Part shown: in pieces, positions 1 to 12,242 of the stretch
How the letters are laid out: the number at the start of each line of letters is the position of its first letter
How positions within the stretch are numbered: position 1 is the first letter of the stretch
NCBI RefSeq assembly: GCF_006345805.1
Contig: NC_043010.1
Location: 11,470,001-11,534,000 of the forward strand
Direction of reading: 5' to 3'
Origin: Octopus sinensis
Taxonomy: Eukaryota
Length of the DNA stretch: 64,000 nt
Made by a program: the position numbers and the translations under genes
Notes under the pieces: model-generated
Told to the model about the DNA's origin: nothing
The model's database searches: none
What the model saw: only the letters and a program-made list of their open reading frames with translations

Positions 1-264
1 CTATATTGACTTTGGGGGATATGTCAGCTTCTAATCTTCACAATCATTGAATGGAATAAACCCAGCCCTTTTACAATGCTTTATAATCACCTCCCCATCC
101 AACAAAACAACAACAAAAAAATTAATCAATAAATATAAATCTCAACTAAAAGGAAAGAATTAGCATATTTAAATGTAATATGTCTAAAATCCCTATAGAT
201 ATATATTTAAATTATCAAATCAGAAATTATGCTTGAAATTAAATTCTCTACATTGTGAAAATTT

Positions 265-2727
265 TCAAAAATGAAACCTCAAAATACTTAATATTAAAAT
301 ATGGTTAATTGATAAAAATAAGTTGTCAAAATTTACCTGTGCAGCTCTTGGCAAGCTTCTTGTTGCATTTAAATTATTCCATTCAACAGGCAACTCATCT
401 TCCTGGTAGAGCTGTGTTTTTGACATCATTGACGCATTTGTACTGTTTCTTGTCTCGTCAGAATTTAACGTCAGCGCCGTCAAATTATTAGCATGTGAAA
501 TAAGATGTCCTTTTTCACTCCTTGATTGGTTTGGTGAGCTTGTTTCAGTTATATGTTGAGTATTCCTCACATTGTGACATCGAACGATACAAATAATGAT
601 TGACACAACAACAGCCACTGACACAATCACAGCTGCCAGTGTTATGACTATAACTAAATTAAGATGTATCCTGTTGTCTGCTTGTGTATTCACTGCAGTG
701 AACATTTTGGACGTTTTATTACTAACCGTCAATGTCAAGGATAGTGCTGTAGACGTTGACAGAACTGGAGTACCGCTATCTTTGACAATCAACTGGAGGT
801 TGTATAACCCAGCATCATTTTGGTAAACTGTGCGAGAGAAAGACATGGCTCCAGTGTAAGGGTTGACTGTAAACAGTTGTCGGTCATTTCCCCCAAGTAT
901 TTCATATCGGAGGAAAGCGTTTTCTCGGCTGTCTCTATCTGAAGCTCTTAATGTTGTGATATCATTTTCACTTTGAGGGTGATAGTAGACATCCAAACTG
1001 AAGGGGTTAACACTAGGAAAAGTGAAATACGGAGCATTGTCATTCTCGTCCATAACTTCAACAATAACATTTGCTGTATTGTTTAACTGAGGATCTCCGT
1101 TGTCTTTTACTAGGACTTGGAATTTATAGTTGTTATTCTGTTCATAGTCCAAAGACTCAATGGTTGAAATAAAACCATAATTTGTAATCTGAAATGGAAT
1201 TTTATCTTTGTTTTCACTAACTAAATGATACGATAATTTACCCCCTGAATCTAAGTCAGGGTCAGTAGCATTGATGAAGCCGACGGGAAAATTTAGTTCT
1301 TCATTTTCATAAGTCAAAAATTTAAATGTTTTTTTGGTAAATTGTGGTTGCACATCATTTACATCCATTACTTGAATTGAGAATTGTCGCTGAGCTTTCA
1401 AAGGTGGTTGGCCCATATCTTCACATGTAATTTTTATATCATAATGATCCTCAGCCTCTCGATTAACAAGGCTTTTCAATATTACTTTGTATTCCTTCGA
1501 TGCTAGACTTCGAAGCTGAAATTTTTCATGGTGAAGATCACAAGAGACTTCTCCATTTTGTCCAAAGTCATTATCTATGATTTTCACGAATGCAATGAAA
1601 CTTCCAACTTTAATCTTTTCTGAAATTGTAGCAGTATTGTCTACTAATGCCGACACAAAATTTATATCTATCTCCGGTGCATTATTTTGTTGGTTGATCA
1701 CATTAACAAAAACCAAAGCAATGGCACTGAGAGGAGGTCGGCCTCCGTCCCTTGCTTCCACAAACAATTTGTAGTTTTTCTTTTGCCCGGCAGGCAACTT
1801 TTTCCACAAGTATATTCTACCATCATCTTTATTTAGTTGAAAATATAACCTGGCAACATCGCTTATTTTGGAACTAAAATAATAGGAAACTTTACTGTTT
1901 TTCCCAGAATCCAAATCTGTTGCTGACAAAGTTAGCACAGGAACATTCATTTGGTGTGTGTTTTTTATAGAAATGTTATAAATGCTTTGAGGAAAAACTG
2001 GCCGATTGTCATTTACGTCATTAACTGCTATGTGGACTTTCAAAATGCTTTTTCTTGAAGGGAAGCCTCCATCTTTAGCAACAACCTGCAGCATGTAAGA
2101 GTCTTTAGCTTCTCTATCAAGTCTTTCTTTTAAAACAATCTCAAGTGTTGCTGTGCCATCCACTCTTTTGGAAACGGATAAGGTAAAAGGCTCATCCAAA
2201 CTGTCTTCTAATTGATATGTTATCTGAGAATTAAAGAGTCCAACATCTTTGTCAATAGCGTTGGGAATCAAGCTTGAAGTTCCTTTTCCATCAGACTCAG
2301 AAAATTCTAGACTGATTTGTTCCTGAGGAAATTCTGGAGAATGATCGTTTATGTCTTCTACTAAAATCTTTACTTTGAGTATCTTTATAAATGTTTCCTC
2401 TTGTCTTACTGCAATGTCAACCATTTTAAAACATTCTGTATTATATGTACAAAGGTTTTCTGCATCCAATGACTGGGCTGTGTATAGCTTTCCGGTTTTG
2501 GTAACATTGAACAACTGCAGAGTCTTGAGAGACCCACCTTGCAGCTGACTAAAAGTCACTTGGTCTTGGACTTGAACTGGTATTCTATCTAACAAGTGAG
2601 AATCTTTGGCTATGTCTCCTAAATATGTTCTGGCATTCTTGCTTTCTTCTACTCTGTACATAAGATCCACACAAAAAGAGGAGGGCAAGACAAAAAACAA
2701 TATGAAAAATGAAAGCAGCATATCCAT
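265..2727 (-). CDS. Protocadherin (cephalopod expanded type): large exon encoding signal peptide, EC1-EC6, TM and proximal cytoplasmic tail. Probably spliced at 337 to exons left of the window; read-through gives 820 aa.
   Basis: 820-aa ORF with hydrophobic N-terminus and six cadherin repeats (DINDHSP, LDRE, DVNDNRP, DVNDVQP, LDYE, DENDNAP, DxD motifs). EC1 has C-X5-C (CTYNTEC). TM segment is LVIVITLAAVIVSVAVVVSIIICIV. No specific orthologue can be named. Confidence 0.97.
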   Translation of the reverse strand: MDMLLSFFILFFVLPSSFCVDLMYRVEESKNARTYLGDIAKDSHLLDRIPVQVQDQVTFSQLQGGSLKTLQLFNVTKTGKLYTAQSLDAENLCTYNTECFKMVDIAVRQEETFIKILKVKILVEDINDHSPEFPQEQISLEFSESDGKGTSSLIPNAIDKDVGLFNSQITYQLEDSLDEPFTLSVSKRVDGTATLEIVLKERLDREAKDSYMLQVVAKDGGFPSRKSILKVHIAVNDVNDNRPVFPQSIYNISIKNTHQMNVPVLTLSATDLDSGKNSKVSYYFSSKISDVARLYFQLNKDDGRIYLWKKLPAGQKKNYKLFVEARDGGRPPLSAIALVFVNVINQQNNAPEIDINFVSALVDNTATISEKIKVGSFIAFVKIIDNDFGQNGEVSCDLHHEKFQLRSLASKEYKVILKSLVNREAEDHYDIKITCEDMGQPPLKAQRQFSIQVMDVNDVQPQFTKKTFKFLTYENEELNFPVGFINATDPDLDSGGKLSYHLVSENKDKIPFQITNYGFISTIESLDYEQNNNYKFQVLVKDNGDPQLNNTANVIVEVMDENDNAPYFTFPSVNPFSLDVYYHPQSENDITTLRASDRDSRENAFLRYEILGGNDRQLFTVNPYTGAMSFSRTVYQNDAGLYNLQLIVKDSGTPVLSTSTALSLTLTVSNKTSKMFTAVNTQADNRIHLNLVIVITLAAVIVSVAVVVSIIICIVRCHNVRNTQHITETSSPNQSRSEKGHLISHANNLTALTLNSDETRNSTNASMMSKTQLYQEDELPVEWNNLNATRSLPRAAQVNFDNLFLSINHILILSILRFHF
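331..340 (-). other. 5' splice donor ending the large protocadherin exon (CAG|GTAAAT, exon ends at 337, phase 0 after Q797)
   Basis: Minus strand reads gcacag|gtaaattt. 2727-337+1 = 2391 nt = 797 whole codons. The remaining 23 ORF codons lie in AT-rich intron-like sequence. Confidence 0.8.
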
Positions 2728-2777
2728 GCTTCAGTGTATCACAACTGCATCTCATAATCCTCGGACAGGAAAGGAAT

Positions 2778-2830
2778 CTGAAAATATATATATAAAAAAC
2801 AAAATAAATAAATATAAATAAATAAAAAGT
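2778..2830 (-). other. 3' splice acceptor 50 nt upstream of the protocadherin ATG, implying an upstream 5' UTR exon
   Basis: Minus strand has a long T-rich tract ending ...atatattttcag|attcctttcc; the exon would begin at 2777. Confidence 0.65.
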
Positions 2831-2886
2831 GATTTCATGTTTTACAGTAAATTGAAATATCATCTTAGTCTTCTGTTATAATTCTA

Positions 2887-3290
2887 CTAGCAGTATTGCC
2901 CGGCGTTGCTCGGGTTTGTAAGGGAAATAACTATATAAGCATTTTTAGAGAGTTATAGCCAAAAAATAGCAAAAAAAATGCATTAAAAATGGAAAAAAAA
3001 AGAAATGATGGTAAATTTTTTTTAAATCGTTGACTCATCGCAGACATTTTTAGAGAGTTATTTCCCTTATATAATAGCGAAAAAAATGCATTAAAATGGA
3101 AAAAAATTATGGTAAATTTTTTTTAAAATCGTAGACTCATCGTAGACGCGCGCTAATACCCAGAAGGGCTCGAAATGAATCACGACTATAAGATACCCGG
3201 TTTTGGTTAAACTGCACCGCAAAATGTGGGAGTAGTTAGGAATCTAAATCGTAGGAGACAGACACACAACTTGTCTTTTATATATAAAGA
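2887..3290 (-). mobile_element. Non-autonomous Helitron (404 bp)
   Basis: On the minus strand: A|TC 5' end, GC hairpin CCCGAGC-AAC-GCCGGG near the 3' end, CTAG|T terminus, AT target site, no TSD. Contains two copies of an internal ~100-bp unit. Confidence 0.85.
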
Positions 3291-3867
3291 TTTACAACTG
3301 GTTTTCATTATATAAATTGATTTCAGTACTAAGTGGTATGTTATTTTATCAATTTTGGAAGAATGAAAGGCAAAGTTTGATGAAGAATAAATTAGAAGAT
3401 TAATCAAATCTTTAACATTTTTAAAGGAAGAGGTGTAGCCCTTGGTCGACCATGACTTGGCTGATTTGTGATCAAAGGCATTCTAGCTATGACTAGATGT
3501 CTTCTAACAGGCCGTGTATCGTGGACTTCATTATCCAATGTGCCTTCACTTCATTATTCTTTTTAAGCAATAGATGTCATCTGAAGGATATTCGATTGTC
3601 ATTACTAGCAGACAGAGCAACAATATAAAGCTTTATAATAGAATGATAATGGCGTTAGCTTAAATGGCAGCTTTTCTATAGACAGGATATTGTTCTTCAA
3701 CTCTGATTGAAGAGAATACCAATCAAAAGCATTCCAGCTTTGACCATCTCATCTTATATTCATGCATTGTGACTCGAGAACCAAATTGTTTTCTGGTCCG
3801 TTTTAAGATGATAATGTGTAATTTGAGGTAGATTTAGTGAGCTTGTGTGTGTGTGTGTAAGTCATCG

Positions 3868-4185
3868 TCGTCGTCATCGTCATCATCATCATCATCGTCA
3901 TCATTTAGTGTCTGTTTTCCATGCTGGCATGGGCAAGATGGTTTGACTGGTGCTTGTAAGTGCAAGAGCTGCACCAGGCTCCAGTCTCTTTTGGCTTGGA
4001 TTCTATGGCTGGATACCCTTCTGAATGCCAACCACTCTACAGAGTGTACTGGGTGCCTTTTACATATCATTGGCACGGGTGCTTTTTACAAGTCACTAGT
4101 ATTGGGTGCTTTTTATGTGTCACCAGTAGGGGTGCATTTTATGTATCACCAGCATGGGGGACTTTTACTTGTCAGCTGCACAATG
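3868..4185 (-). mobile_element. Retroposon family I (tail ...gcatggaaa...(GAT)n), diverged
   Basis: Reverse complement of the 10335 type. Confidence 0.75.
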
Positions 4186-4459
4186 CAATACATAAGTATA
4201 TAAATATATATATATATCATTATCATTATCGTTTTCATGTCCACTTTTCCACTCTTACATAGATTAGATGGAATTCGTTGAAGTAGGTTTTCTATGGCTG
4301 GATGCCTTTCCTGTTGCAAACCCATCTCTAGTTCAAGTAAGATAACATTTCCTCCATGACCAAACATGTTTTCACAAAAGACTAGAAATGATGGATACCA
4401 TTTACATGATGGTGGCATTCATTTACAATTATCACGCAAAGACAAGGCAAAGAGACAGT

Positions 4460-4464
4460 AACAT

Positions 4465-4495
<31 letters not shown>

Positions 4496-4552
4496 TACAT
4501 ACCTACATATTTACATACATACATATATATATATATATACATATATACATAC

Positions 4553-4611
<59 letters not shown>

Positions 4612-5288
4612 TTATGCTCATTCATGGGACCACATTATCCGATGCTAACTCGTATATAATATGTTTAACTAAAGAAACATACATGTAGTATCACTGTACT
4701 AAAAGATATAATAATCTGTTTAAATATAAACGCAGAATCTTTGGTCCGTACATCTCATATATTCAAACTGTCAGGTTTGCTCAGATCATCTCTCAACTAC
4801 TGAAGTTAGAAGGAACAAATCATTTGATGAAAATGCAAATAAGTATAAGTGAAATAAAATTATTTACATGGAGCTAGGCTGATGGCTAGCAAGTTCTTAA
4901 CAACGTGCCAACACAATGTTATTTAAATAAATTTGTATATGGAAATCACATATAATATAGAGATGCAACATATAATATTTTTAACAAACATATATTTCCT
5001 TTTACCGTGAAAATATAATCTGCGATTAAATCACAGGAATTTCAGTTGCTGAGATTATTAATAGATACAACATAAATGTCGGCTGATTCCTCACTATCAG
5101 CTACTGAAGAGACGGTGATTTAATTGCAGATTATATTTTTAAAATGGCACTAAACGTACATTTATTTAGTATACTATATGTAATTTCTATTTACTCTTTT
5201 ATGCATGTACACGCACACACATACATGTAATATAAACATAGTTATATATATATATACACACACACACATATATATATGTATGTATATA

Positions 5289-5352
<64 letters not shown>

Positions 5353-5720
5353 CATATATATATATACATATATATATATACATATATATATATACACACA
5401 TATATGTGTATGCGTGTGCATATGTATATGTGTGTACATATATATGTGTGTGCATATATATATATGTGTGTGTATGTATATGCATCTGTGTATATATATA
5501 TATATTTATGTATATGTATCTGTGTATATATATTTATGTATATTGACATATGTACATATATATGTGTTTATAAATATATATATACACACACACACATACA
5601 GACACATTTATACGTACTTATATACATACCCACACATAGACACACACACACAAACACATACACACACATATAAATATATATATATATACACACACAAACA
5701 CACGTGTGTGTTTGTGTGCT
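4460..5720. repeat. (CA)/(TA)/(GA)/(TG) compound microsatellites (4460-4610 and 5200-5720)
   Basis: Read directly from the sequence. Confidence 0.95.
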
Positions 5721-6460
5721 TATATATTTGTATGCAGCACTATAAATGTATTCTGAAAAAAACACTATTTGCAAAAAAAAAAAAAAGCAAGCAAGAATTA
5801 CATTTATAAATAAATTACCATTAAGAATGATGTTATAGTATCGAGTTTTCCCCTTAAAATAGAACGCCTAGAAAGCTTTCAACATTAACATTTCCTTCTT
5901 TCTTTTTTTTCTTTTTTTTTTTTGTTTACTTAACATGCAAAAACTAAGTTCTGCTAAATTAGAGACATGTCTTAGATATATATTGAATTAGATTTTTAAA
6001 TGTAAAAAATAATTGATTCGAAACTTTAACTTAGTTTAATATATAATTATTATTTATCTGATATTTTTTTCCTTCTAAAATATTATCTTATGTAATTTTA
6101 AATACTTGACTGTCTAAATATTTAAGTATTTAATCCCTTAATGTTTTTAATGAAAGAAATATGATTTTTATAAAAATTTGTTGAGAAAGATTGCTTCGCT
6201 TAATGAATGCCTACCTAACTTCAACATTAAGAAAACTAAACAATAAAAATAAAAATTTGCTGTAAGATTCTGTATGGTTTAAGTATACACTTATTCATTC
6301 AGTGTATACATACATTCTCCCTTCCACCCATACACATGCACAAGCACACAATCACACATACACATACACAAATGCACAAACAAACACACACACATGTACT
6401 CACATACACACACAAATGTGCACACATTTGCATGCACACACATTCACAGATACATATATA

Positions 6461-6695
6461 TGTTTCTTTATTACCCACAAGGGGCTAAACATAGAGGGGA
6501 CAAACAAGGACAGACAAACAGATTAAGACGATTACATCGACCCCAGTTCTTAACTGGTACTTAATTTATTGACCCCGAAAGGATGAAAGGCAAAGTCGAC
6601 CTCGGCGGAATTTGAACTCAGAACGTAACGGCAGACGAAATATGACTACGCATTTCATCCGGCATGCTAACGGTTCTTCCAGCTCGCTGCCGTAT
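6461..6695 (-). mobile_element. tRNA-derived SINE, family B
   Basis: Head ggcgagctgg..., B-box-like gagttcaaattcc. 14-bp TSD cagatacatatata at 6447-6460 and 6696-6709. Confidence 0.9.
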
Positions 6696-7253
6696 CAGAT
6701 ACATATATAAAACAATACTCTTCCCCACAATATATCTCTCACTCTCCTCTTACACTATGCCTGCTTCTCTCTTCTCCCACCCATCTCTACAACCTAACAA
6801 GCATTATCCATCTCTCATCCTTCTCCTGTCTACTGTTTCATCATTACTATTCTGCTGTTCAGCACATTTACTCATCTCCTACACACTCCTTCATAACTTT
6901 CTGGTTCCACTCTATCACTCCCATTCTCTTCAAATTGACGAGTAGTCATGTAGCTTCTCTACATCAAGAAATTTGTTCTGCTCTGGCCTCTCCTCTCCTA
7001 CTCCTACTCATCTTTTTGCCCCTTATCACCTAGCATAATGTTACCTAACTCCTGCTAGGGGCTTTGACTCTTACAAAATGTATGATGGACTTACTAGAGC
7101 TGGTGGCACAACCCCCCCCCCCCCAAAAAAAGTCAGCAAGTATATGCTGCAAAGTGGTTGGCGTTAGGAAGGGCACCAAACTGTAGAAACCATGTCACTC
7201 ACTTGGAAAATAGGAAAAACATCTATTTACCATCTTAACACCATATAACAACC

Positions 7254-7485
7254 TATTTCTTTACTACCCAGAAGGGGCTAAACACAGAGGGGACAAACAA
7301 GGGCAGACAAACAGATTAAGTCGATTACATCAACCCCAGTGCGTAACTGGTACTTAATTTATCGACCCCGAAAGGATGAAAGGTAAAGTCGACCTCGGCG
7401 GAATTTGAACTCAGGACGTAACGGCAGACGAAATACAGCTACGCATTTCGCCCGGCATGCTAACGTTTCTGCCAGCTCGTTTCTG
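7254..7485 (-). mobile_element. SINE family B
   Basis: Same body as 6461-6695. 13-bp TSD ccatataacaacc at 7241-7253 and 7486-7498. Confidence 0.9.
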
Positions 7486-7501
7486 CCATATAACAACCAC
7501 C

Positions 7502-7534
<33 letters not shown>

Positions 7535-7770
7535 GTTGTTGTTTTACATCCACTTCCCATTGTGGCAGGGCTAGGATAGGACAGCTCAGATCAGGTCATT
7601 TCATTCTGAGTCAAATTGTTATTCGCAGTTACTGCTCTCCGAAAAAAAGTCAGAGGACTGAATCTCACTCTCATGTTTCAGTTTTGACTAGGTTTCTATG
7701 TCAGCAAGTCTTTCTTAACACCATCTGTTTTACAGGAAGTACCAAGTGCCTTTTTTTTATATATTATGGA

Positions 7771-8134
7771 ACCAGCCCACATGGTTCTGGGTTCAGTCCC
7801 ACTGCGTGGCACCTTGGGCAAGTGTCTTCTACTATAGCTCCGGGCCGACCAAAGCCTTGTGAGTGGATTTGGTAGACGGAAACTGAAAAGAAGCCCGTCG
7901 TATATATGTATATATATATATGCGTGTGTGTGTTTGTGTGTCTGTGTTTGTCCCCCTAGCATTGCTTGACAACCGATGCTGGTGTGTTTATGTCCCCGTT
8001 ACTTAGCAGTTCGGCAAAAGAGACCGATAGAATAAGTACTGGGCTTACAAAAGAATAAGTCCCAGGGTCGAGTTGCTCGATTAAAGGCGGTGCTCCAGCA
8101 TGGCTGCAGTCAAATGACTGAAACAAGTAAAGAG
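7771..8134 (+). mobile_element. SINE family C (tRNA-like head, central (TA)/(TG) microsatellite, (TAAAAGAG)n tail), slightly 5'-truncated
   Basis: gggttcagtcccactgcgtggcaccttgggcaagtgtc... through ...gactgaaacaagtaa. The ccttgggcaag segment resembles the CORE-SINE core (inference). Confidence 0.9.
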
Positions 8135-10334
8135 CATTAGATAGGATGTCAGCTCTTCAACAGTATTAAAACTCTTGACCATAAGTTTATACTCACTTGC
8201 CTGATAATTTACACAAAGTCCTGAGTTGATTGATTTACAGTGGTCCCGACAGATTAAGGCATGGAGGTAATCTATTACAAAGCTATGTTATTAACTAAAT
8301 ACATGAAATATAAATCCAGGGGACTTTGTTTGGTATCAAAGAATTTTTTGCCGTGAACAGTGCAAGAAGCTTCTATTTTGAGCTATAAACATTCAGCAGA
8401 GTTGTAACCCCATAAGCTACAGCATTGACACATCACCTTTTTACCAAACAAACTTTTTGGCACCTGACAAATTCTCCTGGTTTTACCATTATTGTTGTTA
8501 CCAATGCCGATACTCATAAGATTCTGGATGTTACTCTTACATAAAATGTAGTGTGGAAACCTAGCTCCCTTATTGATTAATATCAAAATATTTTTCTCAT
8601 AATCTGGTATAATCAGAAGAAATTTGAAAGAGGATTTGATGTATTGATTGAAATATTATCTGTAATATTATCTTGGGAAGAAACATAAGTAAAATGGTGT
8701 CTTTCATCCCATAAACTTTTACCGTTTTCTTTAAGTTGTATATCTTTATCTATATCAATCTATTCCTTTATCCATATGTGTGTGTATGTGTATGTATATA
8801 TATATATACACACACATACACATACATTTATACATATGTGTTTGTGTGTGTGTGTGTGTATGTGTTTATATATCAGAACAGAATTAAACATAACAAAAGT
8901 AGGTTGTCATAATAAATTGAATATGACAGAAGAAATATAATAAATCTACCAAGATGAAAGAGCTTATCTTAAAATAGGGTTCTAAAGAAGATCTATCTCT
9001 AATTCTACTTCTTTTTTTTTTTTTTTTATCTCAATAGAGAAAATAAATCTAAATGTGACACACTATATATATATAATATGACTGTTGATCAACTGAAAAT
9101 TAATTCTCATTGCAGGGAAATTATGTTCTTAAAAGCAAGAAAGAAAGGAAAAAAAAAAAAATTGTTTTTACCTGAGGCTAAATCTAAAATGAATCACACA
9201 TCTAATAATCTTTCCTATTTGGGTGCATTTTCAAATGAAAAGATCTAATATGTTTTAAGTTGGTGCTATCTTGTCTCAGACTTAAGAAGCGACAGTAGTA
9301 TAACAGAAGGAGTTATTTTCCAATAAAATAGAGATATTACTGATATGGTTGTAGCAATGTGCAGCAGTAGAAGTTGCACGCTCCACCTATCTTTCACAGA
9401 ATCTTAGCATTTAATTTGCTCAAACATGATGGAGCCTTGCCCCTGTTACTCCCACTAGTAATATTGCCATGATACTTTTAACTGTATATCACAGAGGCAT
9501 AAATAAATGACAAGAGTTCTTGTAAAGGAAAATGGAAAATTCTATTTCCATCAATATGTTGCCAAGTATGCAACTTGAAACATAGGATAGAATGTTAACA
9601 TAATACAATAAATGACTATTTGCTAACCAAGCAAAATGTAGAACACCATCAAGAGAGTTAACACAGGGAATAAATGTAAAATTATAGACTGGTTTATCGT
9701 TATTAACAAATAAAACATTCAGAATGGGCTGATAGCAAAAAAGAAAAAAAAAAAAAAAAAAAAACTAAATAAATAAGAAGAGAAACAAAAGAGTGAAAGA
9801 AATAGAGTTTTATGGGGAAACCAAATAGAAATTGGCTGGCAATAAAAGAAAAGAAACTTAAACAATAATGGCCAAAGAGCTGAGTAATTCTTTATTGAAA
9901 ACCTAAAGCTTTAACAATCTTGCCAAAACAGAACGGTATCATTTAAAGAGAAATTTGCTTTTGTAGGAATTTTAGAAAGAACTATGCTAAGTAAAGTAGT
10001 AAAATGTCTTTACAACTTTGTGAAGCTGAAGATAGGATTATGTTCACTGCTTATTAGGAATTAATTTCTTAAGTTTACTATACTTCTCGACAAGAGCAAA
10101 TACACCTGAAGTTGTCTCAGGTGTTTGCTGAAATGATTAAAAGTATGCAAGTAATTGATGTAGTTGTGTCTTTTCTTTCCTGTATAATTATTTCAGATTG
10201 CTTTCTTGATGCTCATTACATTAAAAACATGTTAATTTTAACTTAACTATTGTACTTCATGCTGTAGTTCCTAGGTAATTAACTTCAGTGATTTCACTTT
10301 TTTAAATATGCTAATTTTTTTTATACCTCCATGT

Positions 10335-10738
10335 GTACACATGATCGTTACCAGTGTCGCCTTAAAGAGCACCATCCGAGCATGATCATTGCCAGAGTGG
10401 CTATCTGGCCTCTGTGCTGGTGGCATGTAAAAGACACCATTCGAGCGTGACCATTACCAGCATCGCCTTACCGGCACCTGTGCCGGTGGCATGTGTAAAA
10501 GATTCGAGCGAGGTCGTTGCCAGTGCTGCCTGACTGGCCCCATGCTGGTAGCACGTAAAAGCACCCACTACACTCTCGGAGTGGTTGGCTTTAGGAAGGG
10601 CATCCAGCTGCGGAAACTCTGCCAGATCAAGAGTGGAACCTGGTGCAGCCATCTGGTTCGCCAGTCCTCAGTCATTCGTCCAACCCATGCTAGCATGGAA
10701 AGCGGACGTTAAACGATGATGATGATGATGATGATGAT
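10335..10738 (+). mobile_element. Retroposon family I: internal short tandem subunits; 3' end ccaacccatgctagcatggaaagcggacgttaaac(gat)n
   Basis: The same 3' end recurs at least six times in the window with a (GAT)n tail. SINE or LINE 3' end (inference). Confidence 0.82.
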
Positions 10739-11312
10739 GTACACTATTTTACACTGACTTAATGATTCTCTTATTACTACTCTAGAGCAAGTATGCTGAA
10801 GTTTATCCTTTGCTGAAGAGATTTAATGAGACTAAAACATGACCAGTGTTGTTCGCCTCACTTAAAAAATAGCTTTTCCTTAATACATAAGTATTTCTAA
10901 TTAGATTTTTTATGTTTGATGCTTTCTATATTACAAGTTTTTAACTAATTTAGGTATCAGTTAAGTTTAGCTTGCTAAAATCCATATTGATGTAATAGCT
11001 GTCAAATTTTCAGAAACATTTTTTATAAATTATGCTCAGGAATTCTTTGGACAATGAGTTTTCCAAACAGTTTATCAAAGATTCTCTCTCCCTTTTGGTG
11101 TGTGTGTGTGTGTGTGTGAGTACATACAAACACACGATATGTTCATACAATCACACACACACACGTATATACATGTATATGTATGTGTGTATGCATATAT
11201 ATACACATATATAAGTACATACATATGATACATATATATATGTACATACATACACATATATGTGTGTGTGTGTTTGTGTGTGTTTGTGTGTGTTTGTGTG
11301 TGTGTGTGTGTG

Positions 11313-11790
11313 TGTAAAGCAGTGCTCCAGCATGGCTGCAGACAAATGAATGAAACAAATAAAAGAATAAAAGAATATATATATATATATATATGAATAT
11401 ATGTATGTAGTCATTGGACTATGGCCATGCTGGGACACTGCCTAAAGGGTTTTGTCAGACAAATCAACCCCACTACTTTCTTTTTAAGCCTGGTACTTAT
11501 TCTATTGGTCCCTTTTGGTGACCCATAGAGTTACAGGGATGTAAACAAACCAGCACCAATTATCAAGTGATGGTGGGGACAAACATACATGCACACACAC
11601 ACATACATGCGTATACACATACATACAGAGGGCATCTTTCAGTTTCTGACTACCACTCAAAAGGCTTTGGTTGGCCTGGGGCTATAGTAGCCCCAAAGCA
11701 AGCCCCACTTGCCCAAGGTGTCCTACACTGGGACTGAACCCAGAATCACATGGCTTGGAAGCAAACTTCTTACCACCAGGCATGCCTGCA
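11313..11790 (-). mobile_element. Diverged family-C SINE (minus strand) preceded by a short plus-strand family-C 3' fragment
   Basis: Family-C motifs in both orientations. Confidence 0.7.
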
Positions 11791-12204
11791 CCTATCATAT
11801 GTATATATTGTATGTATATACACATACATACACACACACACACATAAATTTATACATGAATATATATACACACAGACACTCACACACACACATATATATA
11901 TGTATATATATATATTTGTATATATATATATATATATTTTTCTATATTTTTCTGTATTTACCCCCAAACCTTCGTGAGCTGTCTGGAGTAAACATTATCT
12001 GAGAGAAATTTTCTTTAAGTAGTAGAAATGCTAAGAAAATTTTTTTTGGCTGCTATTTCTACTAAGTTCAGTATGTGGCAAAGTAATTTATTTTACTAAG
12101 CCCTAATTATATAATGTAATATTTTGAATTCGCCTTAAATGGTCCTTTTACATACTGAACACTTGGTGAAATTGATTAATTAATTAATTTTACCCTCAAT
12201 TGTT

Positions 12205-12242
<38 letters not shown>

